Origin: the human T2T-CHM13v2.0 reference genome, Homo sapiens
Length of the DNA stretch: 64,000 nt
Assembly (NCBI RefSeq): GCF_009914755.1
Contig: NC_060947.1
Strand: one strand, 5' to 3'
The notes beneath the pieces were generated by a model. That model did not search any database. It was not told where the DNA came from and was given only the letters and a program-made list of their open reading frames with translations. The translations under genes and the position numbers were made by a program. Every line of letters begins with the position of its first letter. Position 1 is the stretch's first letter. This document shows positions 34,027-48,262 of this stretch, one piece after another.

Positions 34027-34717
34027 TTGTAATGTTCTTTATTGACTTGTGTAATAATTATAACAGGTGTGTCACTCTGTGGTCGTTCACTGTCATGTTT
34101 AAGTCTGGGTCATGAATGCCACTTCATATTACATTGGAACTTTTAATGGCTTCTTGGTTGACTCAGCCCTCTCACTACCATGCCCATATCTCTGTTGTAA
34201 GCTCACTTGCACAAAGCTTAACAATTCAAAGGGTGACTAATATTTTATTGACATGAAAAAGAACTAGGTGTGTCTGTGGGGCGGGCAGAGAGAGATAATA
34301 AGGAAAAACGTAGGGATATGAAAAATGGGGTATCCTTCAATACCAGACTATTTAGGAACCACATTGTCAAAAAGCACAAGAAGCCAAAACTTGGAACAGC
34401 CATTCCCATTGCATATCTATGCACCTACCACATATAATCAGATATAACAGAAGTAAAAACCATGTACATAAGATTATTCTCCAGCTTTTTCCTTATATGT
34501 TTTTAGACATTTGCCTACGCACATAAATACACACTAACATAAGTTTATCACCATCACCATCCCTGCTCCTAATATTCCCTTCTTTAGTATCTCAATGTTA
34601 GTATCTCTATTTCCTCACTGATAAAACAATTAAAACAGTTTAGGTCACAAGCTATAATACATGACCTTAAAGCCCAGGAAAGACAGGCAAGAAAGATTCA
34701 AACAGAAAAATATCTAG

Positions 34718-34865
34718 TCCAGTAGTTCTTGAAAACTTTAGTGTAAATTAAAATTACCTGGAAGACTTTGTTAAAATACAAATTCTTAGGCCTTTCTCAT
34801 CAAGAGTCTACATTTTAAAAGCATCACAGGTGTTTCTGCTGCAAGTGGCTTATGGGGAGGAATAC
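34718..34865. mobile_element. MER5-type MITE remnant
   Basis: cagtagttcttgaaaacttt...aattacctggaagactttgttaaaatacaaattct. Confidence 0.55.
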
Positions 34866-37136
34866 TGATCAAACTGAACATCCTAACTCCCCTCAGGATT
34901 ATTATATTACCATGCCATATATATTAACTCTGGATCTATTTTTAAAATTTATTTTCTAGGAAAAGAAAAATCTATAACATTTACCAGGCATCATAATAAT
35001 CGCCTATTTTCTAAAAACTTCCACTTAGATTTGATTTTTTTAATAATACAATACCATTGTAACATACACTAAGGGAACCAGCTATTTAAAGGAACCCTAT
35101 GGTGAATCCTTCTGTAAAGTGAAAACAATTCCCTTGATTTATTGTTGCATAAATCCAGATTTTCATATCTGAATTCACCTGCTGGGGAGAAATGTTCTCC
35201 CCATTGTCTAGGTCCTCTTTGCTAGCCTTCTTTCAATATGTGGCCTTCTCACAATTCTATGATTTATATGGAGCAATTTAGAGAAGTAAACAAGTAGTGC
35301 TGCATGTTTAACTAGACTGATTGGATTGAAGGGCTGCCAGTAGCTAGCAAGACAAAAGATAAAAGGGGCTTGGGCTTCTGTATAGAAGGAAAACAAAGTA
35401 AAAAGGAGGAGGCTACCACCAAAAGAAGATGTGTACAACGCTGAGAACCGTAAAGAGATAGAGCTATGAAGCTCAAGAGCCCTAAGCTTCAGATATTGTT
35501 TTTCATAAGCTGGAGAAGGAATTACCTGCAGGATAGAGTCACCAGTCCCTTCAATGGCAAGGTAAACTTAGAGAAATCTCTAATCTGATCTGGGATATGA
35601 TCACAGAGGAACTAGGAAGTGGAGACTTGTTAGAGATGCATGAAGGGAAAGATGTGAGTCTGAAAGAGGCTATCTTTCAAGGCTATTTCACACCTATAGA
35701 ACCAAGGTTATTTGTATGTTTGTTGTCTCTTTAACACTCTATGACCTATAATAACAACATACCTATAGCAAATGAGATCTCAAATCCAGTGAAAATAGTC
35801 AGAAAATATGGTATATAAACTCACTACTGAGGACGGAGTTGAAGTTGTATCCCTCTGGCCACAGCCCATAAAGAAACCCTGATAACATCATAGCAGCAAA
35901 GACAAAATGAAACTTTTTGAATCATAGAGTCTACATGTTAGAATGAACAGGAATCCAACACTATGTCTTCTTTGCCAAATACCTAAGACACAAATGCCTA
36001 TCATGAAACCTAAGACATTGGTATATAAGCACAATAAATGAGATGATTTGGACAGGATTCTGAGGACCACGTGTAGCATATTGTTAATTTATAAAATTGT
36101 CAATTCCCTTCCTCTTTATTTCCTACCAGTCTGAACTTATTTTCAACAAGATACCTTTCTTAAAACATGAAATGCCATAATGGGCTAAGGTCCAATTTGC
36201 CACCAATTAAATTAAATACATTATTTCTGCACATTTAGTACCTGCCAGTACTGTGGAGGACACAAACATGAATCAAACAGGACCTTTGTGTTAACCGGAA
36301 CAGCCTTTTCCTTTCAATATGGAGTTGCAAAATTACCTTCCTTATTGATCACACCCTTAGTAATATACCATTAGAACTCCTACTTTAAAGGGAAAAACAG
36401 TTCATAAATGATGTAAGATGTGCACAAATGACCTCAATGTGAAGAACAAGTCAAAATGCCACAGATTTCTGGTAAGTCCTATGAAATTCACCAGTTGTTT
36501 TAAAATTAATCACAACAGTTAATCAGAAGAAGAAATGCATAATTCATAAAATTTTATTTTTCTTAAATGACAGCAGTATATATCAAACCCACCCATCTGA
36601 GAGGCAGCTGGAGTCCTTTCTCACATTGTCAGGCACAGTCAAGATCAGGGGAGTATATGAAGCATGGGAAAAATGTAGCATGGCATCAAATACTAAAATC
36701 ATCCTATACTCAAAAGCCAAACTGTTCATCATTCACATCCAGGGGAAAATAAATATAGGAAACTAAGAGCTGAGTTTCTGAAGTATAGCTCTATCTTTAA
36801 TTGCCCGCTTGGCAAGGCTTCCTGTCCCATACAAACACTATATACCAGTACTCCAAAGTCAGCCACAAACAGAAAGGGCTTCTCTTCCCAGAAATGCCAT
36901 CATGCCCTGGAGTCTAAATTAACAAGAATTTAGCCATCATAGGATCTGATTATCTTCCTTTTTGTCAACCTTGGGGAATTGCCATAACCCCTAAACATTT
37001 TAATTTTCTTTGAATCATTTTCCAATGAATATTGTAGATATGACACCCTTGATGTTCTTTTTCTTCTTTTGAAACATATTTATATACATCCAGTTCATGC
37101 TATCTTTTAGGGCTAACAAGTTTCATCTATTAAAGC

Positions 37137-37340
37137 AGTGGTTTTCACATTTTATTTTAGGAATGGAAGCTTTTCTTTTTACCCCAAATGGTCATGAAAT
37201 CAAATATGTAAGACAGATCAAAGTGAAGCTAGTCTGGTTGAAGCAGGGCTGTGGATGTGTGGAGCCCTGCTGCCTGAGCCTCCCTCTCCTCCCCAGTCCC
37301 TTAGTGGCTCTTCGGGGGGGCTTTGCAGAACTCCTAGGTA
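37137..37340. mobile_element. MER117-like hAT-Charlie remnant
   Basis: cagtggttttca...acagatcaaagtgaagct..tctggttgaagcaggg. Confidence 0.55.
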
Positions 37341-40084
37341 AAAGGTATCCTTTTAACTATTATTATATCAGGGAGAAAATGTTATTTTAATAACTGGACA
37401 GAATTTCTCAGAGAAGAAGCAATAATATTTGTTACAAAATAACTTGATAGTCGATTGGGCATAAAAGGTGAGATCAGGAGAACCTGCATTAGAAAGAAAA
37501 AGCTTAAAATAGAGCAAGTTTAACTTTCCTGCATAAAAATTTAATAAGAGTTTGTGGTAAGGGAGAGAGGTAAAAGGACATTTGTGATGCTGTGAAATAA
37601 GCCTCCTTCAATTCCCCAAACACAAAAAGCTCATATGGGTGTGTATGTGTTGTGAAAATCAATGAAATGTGGCTAAGCCCCCAATTCTGGGCTGGCGTGG
37701 AACAAAGGAAAGAAAAGAACAAGGGAAGGAGAAAGAGGCCAGTAAGAATGAAAACTCATTAGACGCAAAACATCAGAACTGAAAGAAATAATAAAATGTG
37801 AGTCCCTTTTAATTTCCAGGAAATAAAATGGGAGGGCAATGAACTTCCAACAGAATATGGGCTAGGCTTCGGATATAACATTATCTAAATTTCAAAAACT
37901 GCAACTTAAGACTTAGGTCCAAAATGCTTCTATTTGGCACACGAGGGGACTGTGATAGCTTTCTGTCTGAGGTTGAAATGAAAAATAACTGAAAAGATCC
38001 CTCTCTTCTTCCTAAGTCTTCTTCCAAGTCGTTAGCCCTTACACAGAGAGACAGAGACAAAGGAAGAGACAGAGAAAAAGAAAGACTTTCTTAACACTCC
38101 TAGAAAAAAAGTGGAGAAAAGGAAGAGGAAGATGAAGGAGGAAACAAAAGTAGAAGGGGAGAAAAGATAGGAATAAAAACAACAAAAAAAAATAAGTGTT
38201 ATGACATAAAATGAGGTAAGTAGGAGACTAGGAACAGAAGGGAAAGAGTAAGGTATGGGTAAATTTCTATTCAAGTAAGGAAAGCCCATTTTACAAATGA
38301 ACTTTTCTCCTCACCCAAAGCGTAACTTAGAAAGTCCAAAGTCCTGAGAAAGCATGGCTTATCCTAATTCCCTTTATCACCCAATTTGCAATTTGGAGAA
38401 GAAGGGAGCTTAGGGTTCTCCATTATTTTTCCCTCTGAGGATTTCCCTTTGGGAGTGGAAATTGGAGGAAATCTTGGAAAAAAAATAACTTACCCTTGAA
38501 AACATCTAAGGCTTGGTATCAGCCTATCATTGCCTCTCCAAATTACCATCTCATTCTTCTCTGCATGGAGTTTCACCTTCTCTTTAGTTCTTGAAAGAGT
38601 TCTGAATCACTTTCTTCAACTTGAAGAGAAAATATTACCTTTTATAAGAAAAAAAAATCATGCTATTCTCCCTTTCATGTTTGCTTATGATTAACTTGGT
38701 CATGAAAGCTCTTTCCTCTGAGATATTTACTGTGACATGTCATCTATGCTGCTATAATAAACAGTATTCCAACAATTGTCTCTTTGCCATATCTCATTAT
38801 CAGGCCAGTACCCAGCCAGAGCCACACAGAGCAGTAACATGGAGAAAACATTACTCTTCTGCTTCCCTAAAACCTGTGGTTTCCAATGTTTTAGAAATCT
38901 AAAGACCTTTAACAACACATTTGTGAAACTATTCTCTGCTGAATACCATTTAATTGAGAAAATCTATGCTAATAAATAGCGATTGAACTGAATAATACTT
39001 TCCCATCAACTTGTACTTTATTAATCACAGAAGCGACATGAATTTATTTAATCAATGGTAGCACATAAAGTAACCATATATGTTACTTATTCAGTCCACA
39101 GACAGTGCTTGGTCCTCAAATACATCCTTGGTCCCTTGCAATAATGCAATGCTTTTCCTCTTCCCAAGATGTCTATGGCTTACACGTTGGAAACCACTGG
39201 GCATTTTCTAATTGGAACAGCCTTTTCCTTTCAATGTGCAATTGCAAAATTACCTTTTCTACTGATCACACCCTTACTCATACATCTTCAGGACTCAAAC
39301 TTTCAGTTTGGGCCACACATGCATATTATTATTTATATGCCTTAGTTGTTTTTCTCTCCAGAAGCAGACTATCACCTTGAGAGTAGGGTTCCACAGCAAT
39401 TTCTTCTATTTCTCATGCCTCCCACATATCACACTTCAGGGCCCTGCAGAAATTTATTAATTCTGGTTATATGAAAAAAATCACTCTCTGTTTTCTCAAT
39501 GTGTCCAGGTACATTCTTTGTCACCTCTTTCACCCTCGAAGTATGGAACTACCTATAAATCCCTTAACACATCAGGCTATCTCAGATCTTTGTGAATTCG
39601 CACATTCTAGGTTTCCTCACCAACTGGACTAGGAGATTTAGGAGGCTAGGTAAATGTCTTTCTCAGACAGTATAATAGTCACAACGCTTCATTCCTTTAT
39701 TCAACAAATATTTGTTAATTATCAATAGCTGTTCTTCTAAGACAATCTGTAAACTCCTTAAGAAAAACAACGGTATTTTTAACATCTCTAGATGACTAGG
39801 ACACAGTTCCTGGCGCATAATAGATGGTCTGAATATGGTGATTGAATTGATTTATCACAGCTATTGTAAATGCAACCCACCTCTGCCTATAATCTGAATA
39901 TCTTATGTGTAGAAGACCAGCCAGTTAAAGATTTTGGCATAGACTTTACACACACACACACTACTCCTCCTGGAGCTACTCATCTGGCCTCAGAGAAAGA
40001 TTGTTTTTTGCTTTTGCATGTTAGTCTTAAAAGTTTTGAAATATTTCCCATTAAAAAGGCAGCTACTGAAGTAGTTAAAAGACA

Positions 40085-40280
40085 ATGGAATCGGACAAAT
40101 CTAGGTATAAATTCTGACTCCATCACTTATTACTTGTGTGACCTTGGGGAAGTCACCTGATTTTTCTGAGTCTCAATTTTATCACCTACAAAATGTGGAG
40201 GAAAATAATCCCTATTCTCCATGGTAAATATGTAGCAAATAATTTGGCAGACAGTAAGTGCTCAATTAATATTAGCTAAC
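40085..40280 (+). mobile_element. MIR
   Basis: tgtgtgaccttggggaagtcac...ctgagtctcaatttt...acagtaagtgctcaa. Confidence 0.7.
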
Positions 40281-41028
40281 AATATTGAAAAGTATTGTTA
40301 AGGTTTATTATATATCCCTAAAAGAATGCCACAGGCCCTGAATAAAACACATTTATCACTTAAATGTAGCCCTTTAAATCCTTACCCACTCCTCTCCCAA
40401 AGTCCTTCCCTAGTCAGGGACCAGGACTAAACAACTGCTTGCAAAACGTACAGGAATATTCCCTTGAGCTTTCAGAGGCTTTGGGATACTGATCAGTGTC
40501 ATCAGGCCTACCTCTGCACTTAGTGCAAAATATCCCACAGGACACAAGGCAAATGAGGCAGTTCGTTATCTGGAGGCTGGCTTTCTGTGAAGAATCACCT
40601 TCTCTTCTCCATTAAAATAAATATTGTGACATTTTGAATATCTGTGTTTTTTAAATGTCTTGTGATAAAAAAAAAAAAAAGGACGAGGAGGCTTTAAAAA
40701 ATCAGAAGCTAGGCTAAGAGTGAACAGAAATCTTGCTAGAATTATTACTAAGGAGACTGATTGTATGCAGATGGCCTGGCAAATGGTAGGTAGGGGGAGG
40801 TGTTAGCAGCCTGGAGTGACTTGGAAGTTGGCAAGCAAGGAAAGGGCTAATTGGAAAAGGGCCATTTCAAGGATTCACTGTGCTGGCAGGAAGTCACAAA
40901 ACATGTCATCACCCTCACTTTCCTCACTTTTTTGTTTCTTCTGATTCCATGCAGTTAGTGGTTAGAGGTAAGAGAAGGCATAGACTGTCTCAGTTTGGCT
41001 AAGTTAGAACAGACTCTAGGCTCCAGGT

Positions 41029-41251
41029 CAGTGGTTGGCAAACTTTTTCTGTAAACAGCCAAGTAGTAAATAGTTTATGCTTTGCAGACCATATGGTCTC
41101 TGTCACAATTACTCAACTTTGCTACTGTAGTGCAAAAACAGCCATAGACAATAAGAAATGAATGGCCATGGCTGTGTTCCAATAAAACTTTATTTACAAA
41201 AACAGCCTGCTATCTGAATTTGGTTCATGGGCCATAGTTTGACCACCTCTG
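41029..41251. mobile_element. MER58A (hAT-Charlie), full length
   Basis: TIRs cagtggttggcaaact / agtttgaccacctctg; degenerate 8-bp TSD ctccaggt / ctccagaa. Confidence 0.85.
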
Positions 41252-41449
41252 CTCCAGAAGTATACATCTGAGGGAGCCAAGAAAAGATACCCAAAAAGAG
41301 TATTTTTGGAAAATAGGAACAGCATGTGCAGACCCAAGATCATGAGATTATAGCTATTATCTAGCTATATGACCTTGGGTAAACTCTAAATCTGTTTATA
41401 TCTTAGTTTCCTTATCTGTGAAATGAGGTAGTTAGAGTTGATTATGATA

Positions 41450-41812
41450 ATCAAGATGATTAACATATCTATCCCTTTACATAGCTATCTTTCTTTTTGT
41501 GGCAAGGACACTTAAGATTTGGTCTCTTAGCAATTTCAACTATACAATACAGTATTATTAACTATAGACCTCATGTCATACTTTAGTTTTCTAGAAGTTA
41601 TTCATTCTACTAACTGAAACTTGTATCTTTTGACCAACATCTTCCCATTCCCTACCTCCACCCTGGCCCCCTTTACCCCTAGTAACCACCAATCTACTCT
41701 ATGCTTTCATAAATTTACCTTTTTTAGATTCCACATATAAGTGAGATCACATACCATTCATCTTTCTGTGTCTGGCTTATTTCACCTAGCATAATGTCCC
41801 CTGGGTTAATAC
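41450..41812 (-). mobile_element. L1MA 3'UTR fragment
   Basis: tctcttagcaatttcaa...tacaatacagtattattaactatag...agattccacatataagtgagatc. Confidence 0.75.
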
Positions 41813-42559
41813 AAAGGCCCGCCATGTGTTTCTACAATCTGCCATCAATTGGCTGGAAGTTGAGCTCTTCTCTTGCACCAAAGATGGCTTGAGATATGTT
41901 CCCTATATATATGATGATGTTTTGGCTTTTCTCTTCTTCTGTGTGAGAGAGAAAGAAGGGGAGAGAAAGAAGGAGGGAAAGAGATTTCATTTGCTGAGAA
42001 AATGGAGGAAGAGAAGAAGGGAGGGGAGTTTTTAAGAGACAGCTGAGTCATAACAGCTTCTGCAAAATCACTGGAGTCAAATACAGCAAAATTAGATCTA
42101 AACTGGGATTTTAAAAACCTACTATTATCTCATCTGTTATTCTGAAAACCCTCAAAAAGCTGATAACATCACGGCTAGCTAGCATCTACAGGGCAATTTT
42201 ATCCAAGCCAGCTGGTTTTTTCTAACAGCACCTGCAAAATTAGACTAAATTAACTGAAAGACTATCCTGAATTATTAGCACTGCCCCGGGGACTCAAGCA
42301 GTGGTGTAGGATGGTTTCATTGACCAAAAATAAAGGGAAAATATGATAAAACCATCTCACTTCAAATAATTTTACCATTCATAATGGCCACTAAAAGACA
42401 AATTAAAGGATTTATGCCTTAGTGAGTATTTCCTTTCTTTCTGAGATCTTACATACAGAAGCAGATAATACTGCACCATACCGGTTGTGTAGCAAATGTA
42501 AAGGCAGAATATATATGTCAAATGTGAGGATTAATTTAAAGCAAGAAATAGAATTTCTT

Positions 42560-44940
42560 GAAATAGTGTATTATGGAATGGAAGGAACAGTTAAAAAGCC
42601 AGAACCTAAAGGAACAGGAACCCAGTTAGCTCCAGGGATCACAATAACAGAAGGTTTTTGACCTCTCTGACCCCCCACCCCCGCACTGAGGTAGCCAGTA
42701 TCCTAAAATTTGTCGATCATCATTTCATTCCTTTAAAATTTTACTAAATTCATATGCAGCCCTAAAAATACATTTCAAGTTTTACAGGTTTTAATTTATG
42801 TAAATGTAATCACATATGCATTCTTATGTGACTTTTTTTACTTATATTTGTAAGATTCATTCATGCTGATATGTATTGTCATAGTTGATCCTTTTTTTTT
42901 TTTTACAACTGTATAGTATTTTACTGTGTGAATACACCATGTTTTATTTACCATTCTCCTGTCAATGGACATTTGGGTTGTTCCCAGATGTTTGCTAATA
43001 AAACAATGTTGTTGGAGGAGGGAAGGATAAATAGAGCATTGAGGAATTATAAGGCAGTGAAACAATTCTGTATAATACTACAATGAAGGATACATGTCAT
43101 TATACAGTATTGAAACCCATAGAATGTACAATATCAAGGGCAAATCCTAATGTAAACTATGGACTTTGGGTGATAATGATGTGTCAATGCAGGCTTGTCG
43201 ATGGTAACAAGTGTACCACTCTGGTGAGGGATGTTAGTGGTGGGAGAGGCTATGCATGTGTGGAGACAGAGTGTATGGGAACTCTGTACTTTCTGTTCAG
43301 TTTTTCTGTGAACCTAAAACTGCTCTAAAAATAAAGATTATTAAAAAAGCAATACCGTTATACAAGCATTCATTCAGTAGAGAGTCATTGAGCTCTTACA
43401 ATGGACCAGAAACTAGTCTGGGCCCATGGATTTCAGTAGTAAAGCAGCAGACAAAAATGTCTGGCTTCAAGGAGTTTATATTGCAGTGGGGGAAAACAGC
43501 ATATTAGATGGTGCTAAGTGCTATGGATAAATTTAGAGCGGGAAAAGGGGTTAGGCAGTATTGGCAGGGTATAATTTTAAAAGAGAGTGGTCAGGGTAAG
43601 GCTTACTGAGAAAGTGATATTTGAGTAAAATCCTGAAGTAGATGAGGGAGCAAGTAATTCTCCTCTTGGTGAAGAGTGTTTCAGAGATTAGCAACAAATG
43701 CACAAGTCCTAAGATAGAAGCATTTCTGGAGTGTTAAGAAAACAGCAGGGAAGGTCCTGAGGTTGGAGCCGAGTAAGCAAAGAAGAGAGTTAAAGGACAT
43801 GAAGTCAGACAGGTAATGAGAAGGTGGGCAGAATAGATTCTGTAGAACCTTTTAGGTAATTGTTAGAATTTGGGCTTTTATTCTGGGAGAGGTGAAAAAC
43901 TACTAAACATGTATTTCTAGAATATATGTGGCAGTATTTCTAGAATATATGTGGCAGTATTTCTAGAATATATATGGTAGAATTATTGGATGACAGGGTA
44001 CACATATCTTCAACATCACTAATGAATACCAAATTATTATCAAATAAAACCATAGCAATATACACTTCTATATTTATGAGTATATAAAAGATACTCATAG
44101 CTATACAACTTCACCAACAGTGACATTATCAGACTTAAATATGTTTGCCAATCTGTAGATTTAAAATGATGTCTAATTGAGGACATAGTTTTTATATTTC
44201 TGATGACTAATGAGACTGAGCTTTTATTCATTTTTTCATGAAATAATTTTATTTCAACTCTTCACGTCATTGGCATATTTTTTTTTACCAAAACCAAGCC
44301 ATTTTTTGAGTCACATTATATTTTCTTCTAAGTTGTTTAAGATCCAGTTTTTTAAAAATCTGTGCATGATGCTTTCACTGAAATTTTTATCCTAAGCCTC
44401 AAGTAACTTTTTGATTTTTTTTTATTTCTGCAACATAATCACTTTCAGCATTTATAAGACTTTAAAATTGGGGAATAATTTACATGCAGTAAAATGCACA
44501 GACCCTTAAGTGTAAAGTACTTTCATTTTTGACAAATGCTTACAGCTGTGTGACCCAGATCCCTATCCAGATATAAAACAGTCTATTGCCTCTGAAAGTT
44601 TCCTTTTGTCCCTTTTGAATCCTCTCCCCAGTCCCTGCACCCAGGGCCAGAAGTAACCACTGATCTATTACAATAGATTAGTTACAATAGATTAGTTTCG
44701 CCTATTGTAGAACTTAGTGTGAATAAAATCGTACAGTATATATGCTCTCATATCGTACAGTATATACGCTCTCATGTCTGCCATTTTTTTACTCACTATA
44801 TTTTTGAGATTTATCTGTGTCTTGTATATATCATTGATACTTTACTTTTTAGTGATGAATAGTATTCCATTGTATGAAGACAGTTTGTCTATTCTCCTAT
44901 TAATGGATATCTGGACTATTTCTAGTTTGATGTTTTTATT
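42560..44940. mobile_element. Nest of old repeats: antisense L1ME pieces, a sense L1MC 3' end (about 43010-43350) and L2 (about 43365-43900)
   Basis: ggacatttgggttgttccca; aaactatggactttgggtgataatgatgtgtcaatg; cattcattcagtagagagtcattgagc. Confidence 0.65.
43911..43979. repeat. 23-bp tandem repeat x3 (gtatttctagaatatatgtggca)
   Basis: Copies start at 43911, 43934 and 43957. Confidence 0.9.
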
Positions 44941-44951
44941 AATTAATCTGC

Positions 44952-45315
44952 TGTTATGGACTGAATATTTGTGTCCCCTCAAAATTCATATGTTGGAATT
45001 TTAACCCTCCATGTGGTAATATTAGGAGGTGAGATTTGGAGGAGGTAATTGGGTCATGAGGGTGGAGCCTTCATGATTGGCATTAGTGTCCTCATAAAAA
45101 CATGCCCAAGGAAGCTGTTTAGCTTCCTTTTGGCTATGTGAGGATACAGTAAGAAGTCAGAAGTGTGCAACAGAGAAGAGTCCTCATCAGAATCTGATCA
45201 TGCTGGCACTGTGATCTCTGATTTCCAGACTCCAGAATTATAAGAAATTAATATTTTATGTTTAAGCCAACCAGTCTGTGGTAATTTTTTATAAAAGCCC
45301 AAAAGGGCTAAGACA
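44952..45315 (+). mobile_element. MLT1A-type MaLR solo LTR
   Basis: tgttatggactgaat...gtcccctcaaaattcatatgttg ... ctaagaca; 5-bp TSD [t/a]ctgc. Confidence 0.85.
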
Positions 45316-46011
45316 ACTGCTAGGACCATTCTTATACAGAGCTTGGTGTGGACAAATGTTTTTATTTCTCTTGCATAAGTACCTAGTAGTGTAACTGCTG
45401 GCTGAGGGAGTAAAATCTGCCAAAAAAGTTTCTAAAGTCATTTTATACTTCACACTCTTACCAGCAATGTATGAGTTACAGTAGCTCCAAAGTCTTGCCA
45501 ACATTTTATGGTGTCAGACTTTTTCATTTTAGGCATTTCAGAGGGTTGTATCTCATTGTGAACTGGTATCTTATTGTGGTTTCTTCATATCTTTATTTGA
45601 CTTTTGTTTTTCCTATCCTGTGATGTGTCTCCCTAACTCTTTAGCCCATTTTTCTATTGAAATGTTTGTCCTTTTCTTTCTTAATTCGGGACAATTATTT
45701 ATATTTCTGGCGTCTCATATTTTGTCAGTGTAGTGTGTTGCAAATATATTCTCCGGTTTAGGGCTTATTATTTTATTTTCATGAAGATGTCTTTTGATGA
45801 TCAACAGTGATTTTTCCCCAGTTTTATTGACGTATAATGGACAAACAAAAACTGTATATGTTTAAAGTAAGTATACAACATACTTCATAAAATGTTTTAA
45901 TATGCATATACATTGTGAAATAATTACCACAAACAAGCTAATTAACATATCTATCACCTCACAAAGTAACACTTTTTTTTGCAAGTGGTGAGAACATTTA
46001 AGATCTACTCT

Positions 46012-46925
46012 GCAATCTATCCATCTGACAAAGGGCTAATATCAAGAATCTACAAGGAACTTAAACAAATTTACAAGAAAAAATCAAACATCCCCATCAA
46101 AAAGTGGGCAAAGGTTATGAACTTCTCAAAAGAAGACATTTATGTGGCCAACAAATGTTTGAAAAAAAGCTAATCATCACTGGTCATTAGAGAAATGCAA
46201 ATCAAAACCACAGTGAGATACCATCTCACGCCAGTTAGAATGGCGATCATTAAAAAGTCAGGAAAGAACAGATGCTGGAGAATGTGTGAAGAAATAGGAA
46301 CACATTTACACTCTTGGTGGGAGTGTAAATTAGTTTAGCCATTGTGGAAGACAGTGTGGCGATTCCTCAAGGATCTAGAACAAGAAATACCATTTGACCC
46401 AGCAATCCCATTACTGGGTATATACCCACAGGATTATAAATCATTCTGCTATAAAGACACCTGCACATGTATGTTTATTGCAGCCCTATTCACAATAGCA
46501 AAGACTTGGAACCAACCTAAACGCCCATCAATGATAGACTAGATAAAGAAAATGTGGCACATATACACTGTGGAATACTATGCAGCCATAAAAAAGAATG
46601 AGTTCATGTCCTTTGCAGGGTCAAGGATGAAGCTGGAAATCATCATTCTCAGCAAACTGACACAGGAACAGAAAACCAAACACCACATGTTCTCACTCAT
46701 AAGTGGGAGTCGAACAATGAGAACACATGGACACAGGGAGGGGAACATCACACAACGGGGCCTGTTGGGGGGTGGGAGGCTAGGGGAGGGATAGCATTAG
46801 GAGAAATACCTAATGTAGATGACAGGTTGATGGGTGCAGCAAACCACCATGGCACGTGTATAATTATATAACAAACCTGCACGTTCTGCACATGTATCCC
46901 AGAACTTAAAGTATAATAAAAAAAA
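46012..46925 (+). mobile_element. 5'-truncated L1PA7-type element
   Basis: ORF2 C-terminus ([11 protein letters not shown]) and a 3'UTR ending acatgtatcccagaacttaaagtataataaaaaaaa. Confidence 0.93.
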
Positions 46926-47543
46926 TTACATGTTAGAAATGTGTTCTATTCCTTGGAAAATATGCTGTTATATGAAAAAGGCATGTTGCAAAGAGATGTT
47001 ATAAGATTACCTTTTCCTTTGAAAATGTATCTCTATATATTATATGTGCATACCTCACACAAACATATGTGTGTATACACACACATGCAAAGTTATTTCA
47101 GCTGAGACTGTAGCTGAAGGGAACATGCTATGGTTTAAGACACTGTATGCTGTGGAGGAAAGTCAATTCCAATAATTTGTTATAAGAGCTCACATATTTC
47201 GAATCAAGGCATTCTGGTAAGAACATGATTTATTTAATGTTTCACTTTTCTAAATGTATAGATCTACATATGAAACATGTTTTGCCTATGGTAACTAAAG
47301 AATTCATCCCTATTTGTATTATCTATGTTGACTGAAGTAGACAGCCCTCACTTTCACAATTAAATTGCATTCAACTTCTTCAGGCAAGAAAGTCAGTGGC
47401 TCATTCTTTTCATAATTAAAGACATAGTACCTGTTTTACTTCCAGTAATGGCAAAGTAAGTCACATTGAACCAAACCTCCCATAGCTAGCAATTATAAAC
47501 TCTGGGGAAAAAAATAAAATAACTATCTAAAAGCACTTGAAGA

Positions 47544-48262
47544 CACTAGAACTTATTTCTTCTATCTAACTGTATGTTTGTACCCATTAACCATCTCTCT
47601 TCATTCCCCCAACCCTCCCCAGCCTCAGCTAACTACCATTCTACTGTCTACCTCCATGAGATCAAATTTTATAACTCCTACACATAAGTGAGAACATGAG
47701 AACATGTTGTATTCATCTTTCTGTGCCTGGCTTACTTGATTTAATATAATGACTTCCAGTTCCATCCATGTTGCTGAAAATGACAGGATTTCATTATTTT
47801 GTATGACTAAATGGTATTCCATTGTGTATATATACCACATTTTCTTTGTCCATTCATCCATTGATGGGCACTTGGGTTGATTCCCTAGCTTGGCTATTGT
47901 GAATAGAGCTGCAATAAACATAGGGGTGCAGGTTTCCCTTTGATATAACAATTTCCTTTCCTTTGGATAAATGCCCAGTAGTGTGATTGCTGGATCATAT
48001 GGTAGTTCTATGTTTCGTTTTTTTGAGAAACCTCCATACTGTTTTCATAGAACAGTAGGCTGACTATAGTTAACAATTTATTGTATATTTCAAAGTAGCT
48101 AGAAGAGAAGATTTGAAATATTCCCAACACAAAGAAATTATAAATGTTCAAGGCAATGGATATTTTAAATAGTCTAATTAGATCATTACACATTATATGT
48201 ATGTACCAAAATATCACATGTACCCCATAAATGTGTACTCATTATGTGTCAATAAAACTTTT
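47544..48262 (+). mobile_element. 5'-inverted L1MA/L1PB-type 3' fragment
   Basis: Antisense segment at 47544-48047, then sense 3'UTR end with AATAAA at 48251. Confidence 0.8.

Noticed and set aside
38040-38270. Purine-rich tract giving a hydrophobic minus-strand ORF
   Set aside because: Low-complexity GA-rich DNA; no mirror symmetry or coding evidence
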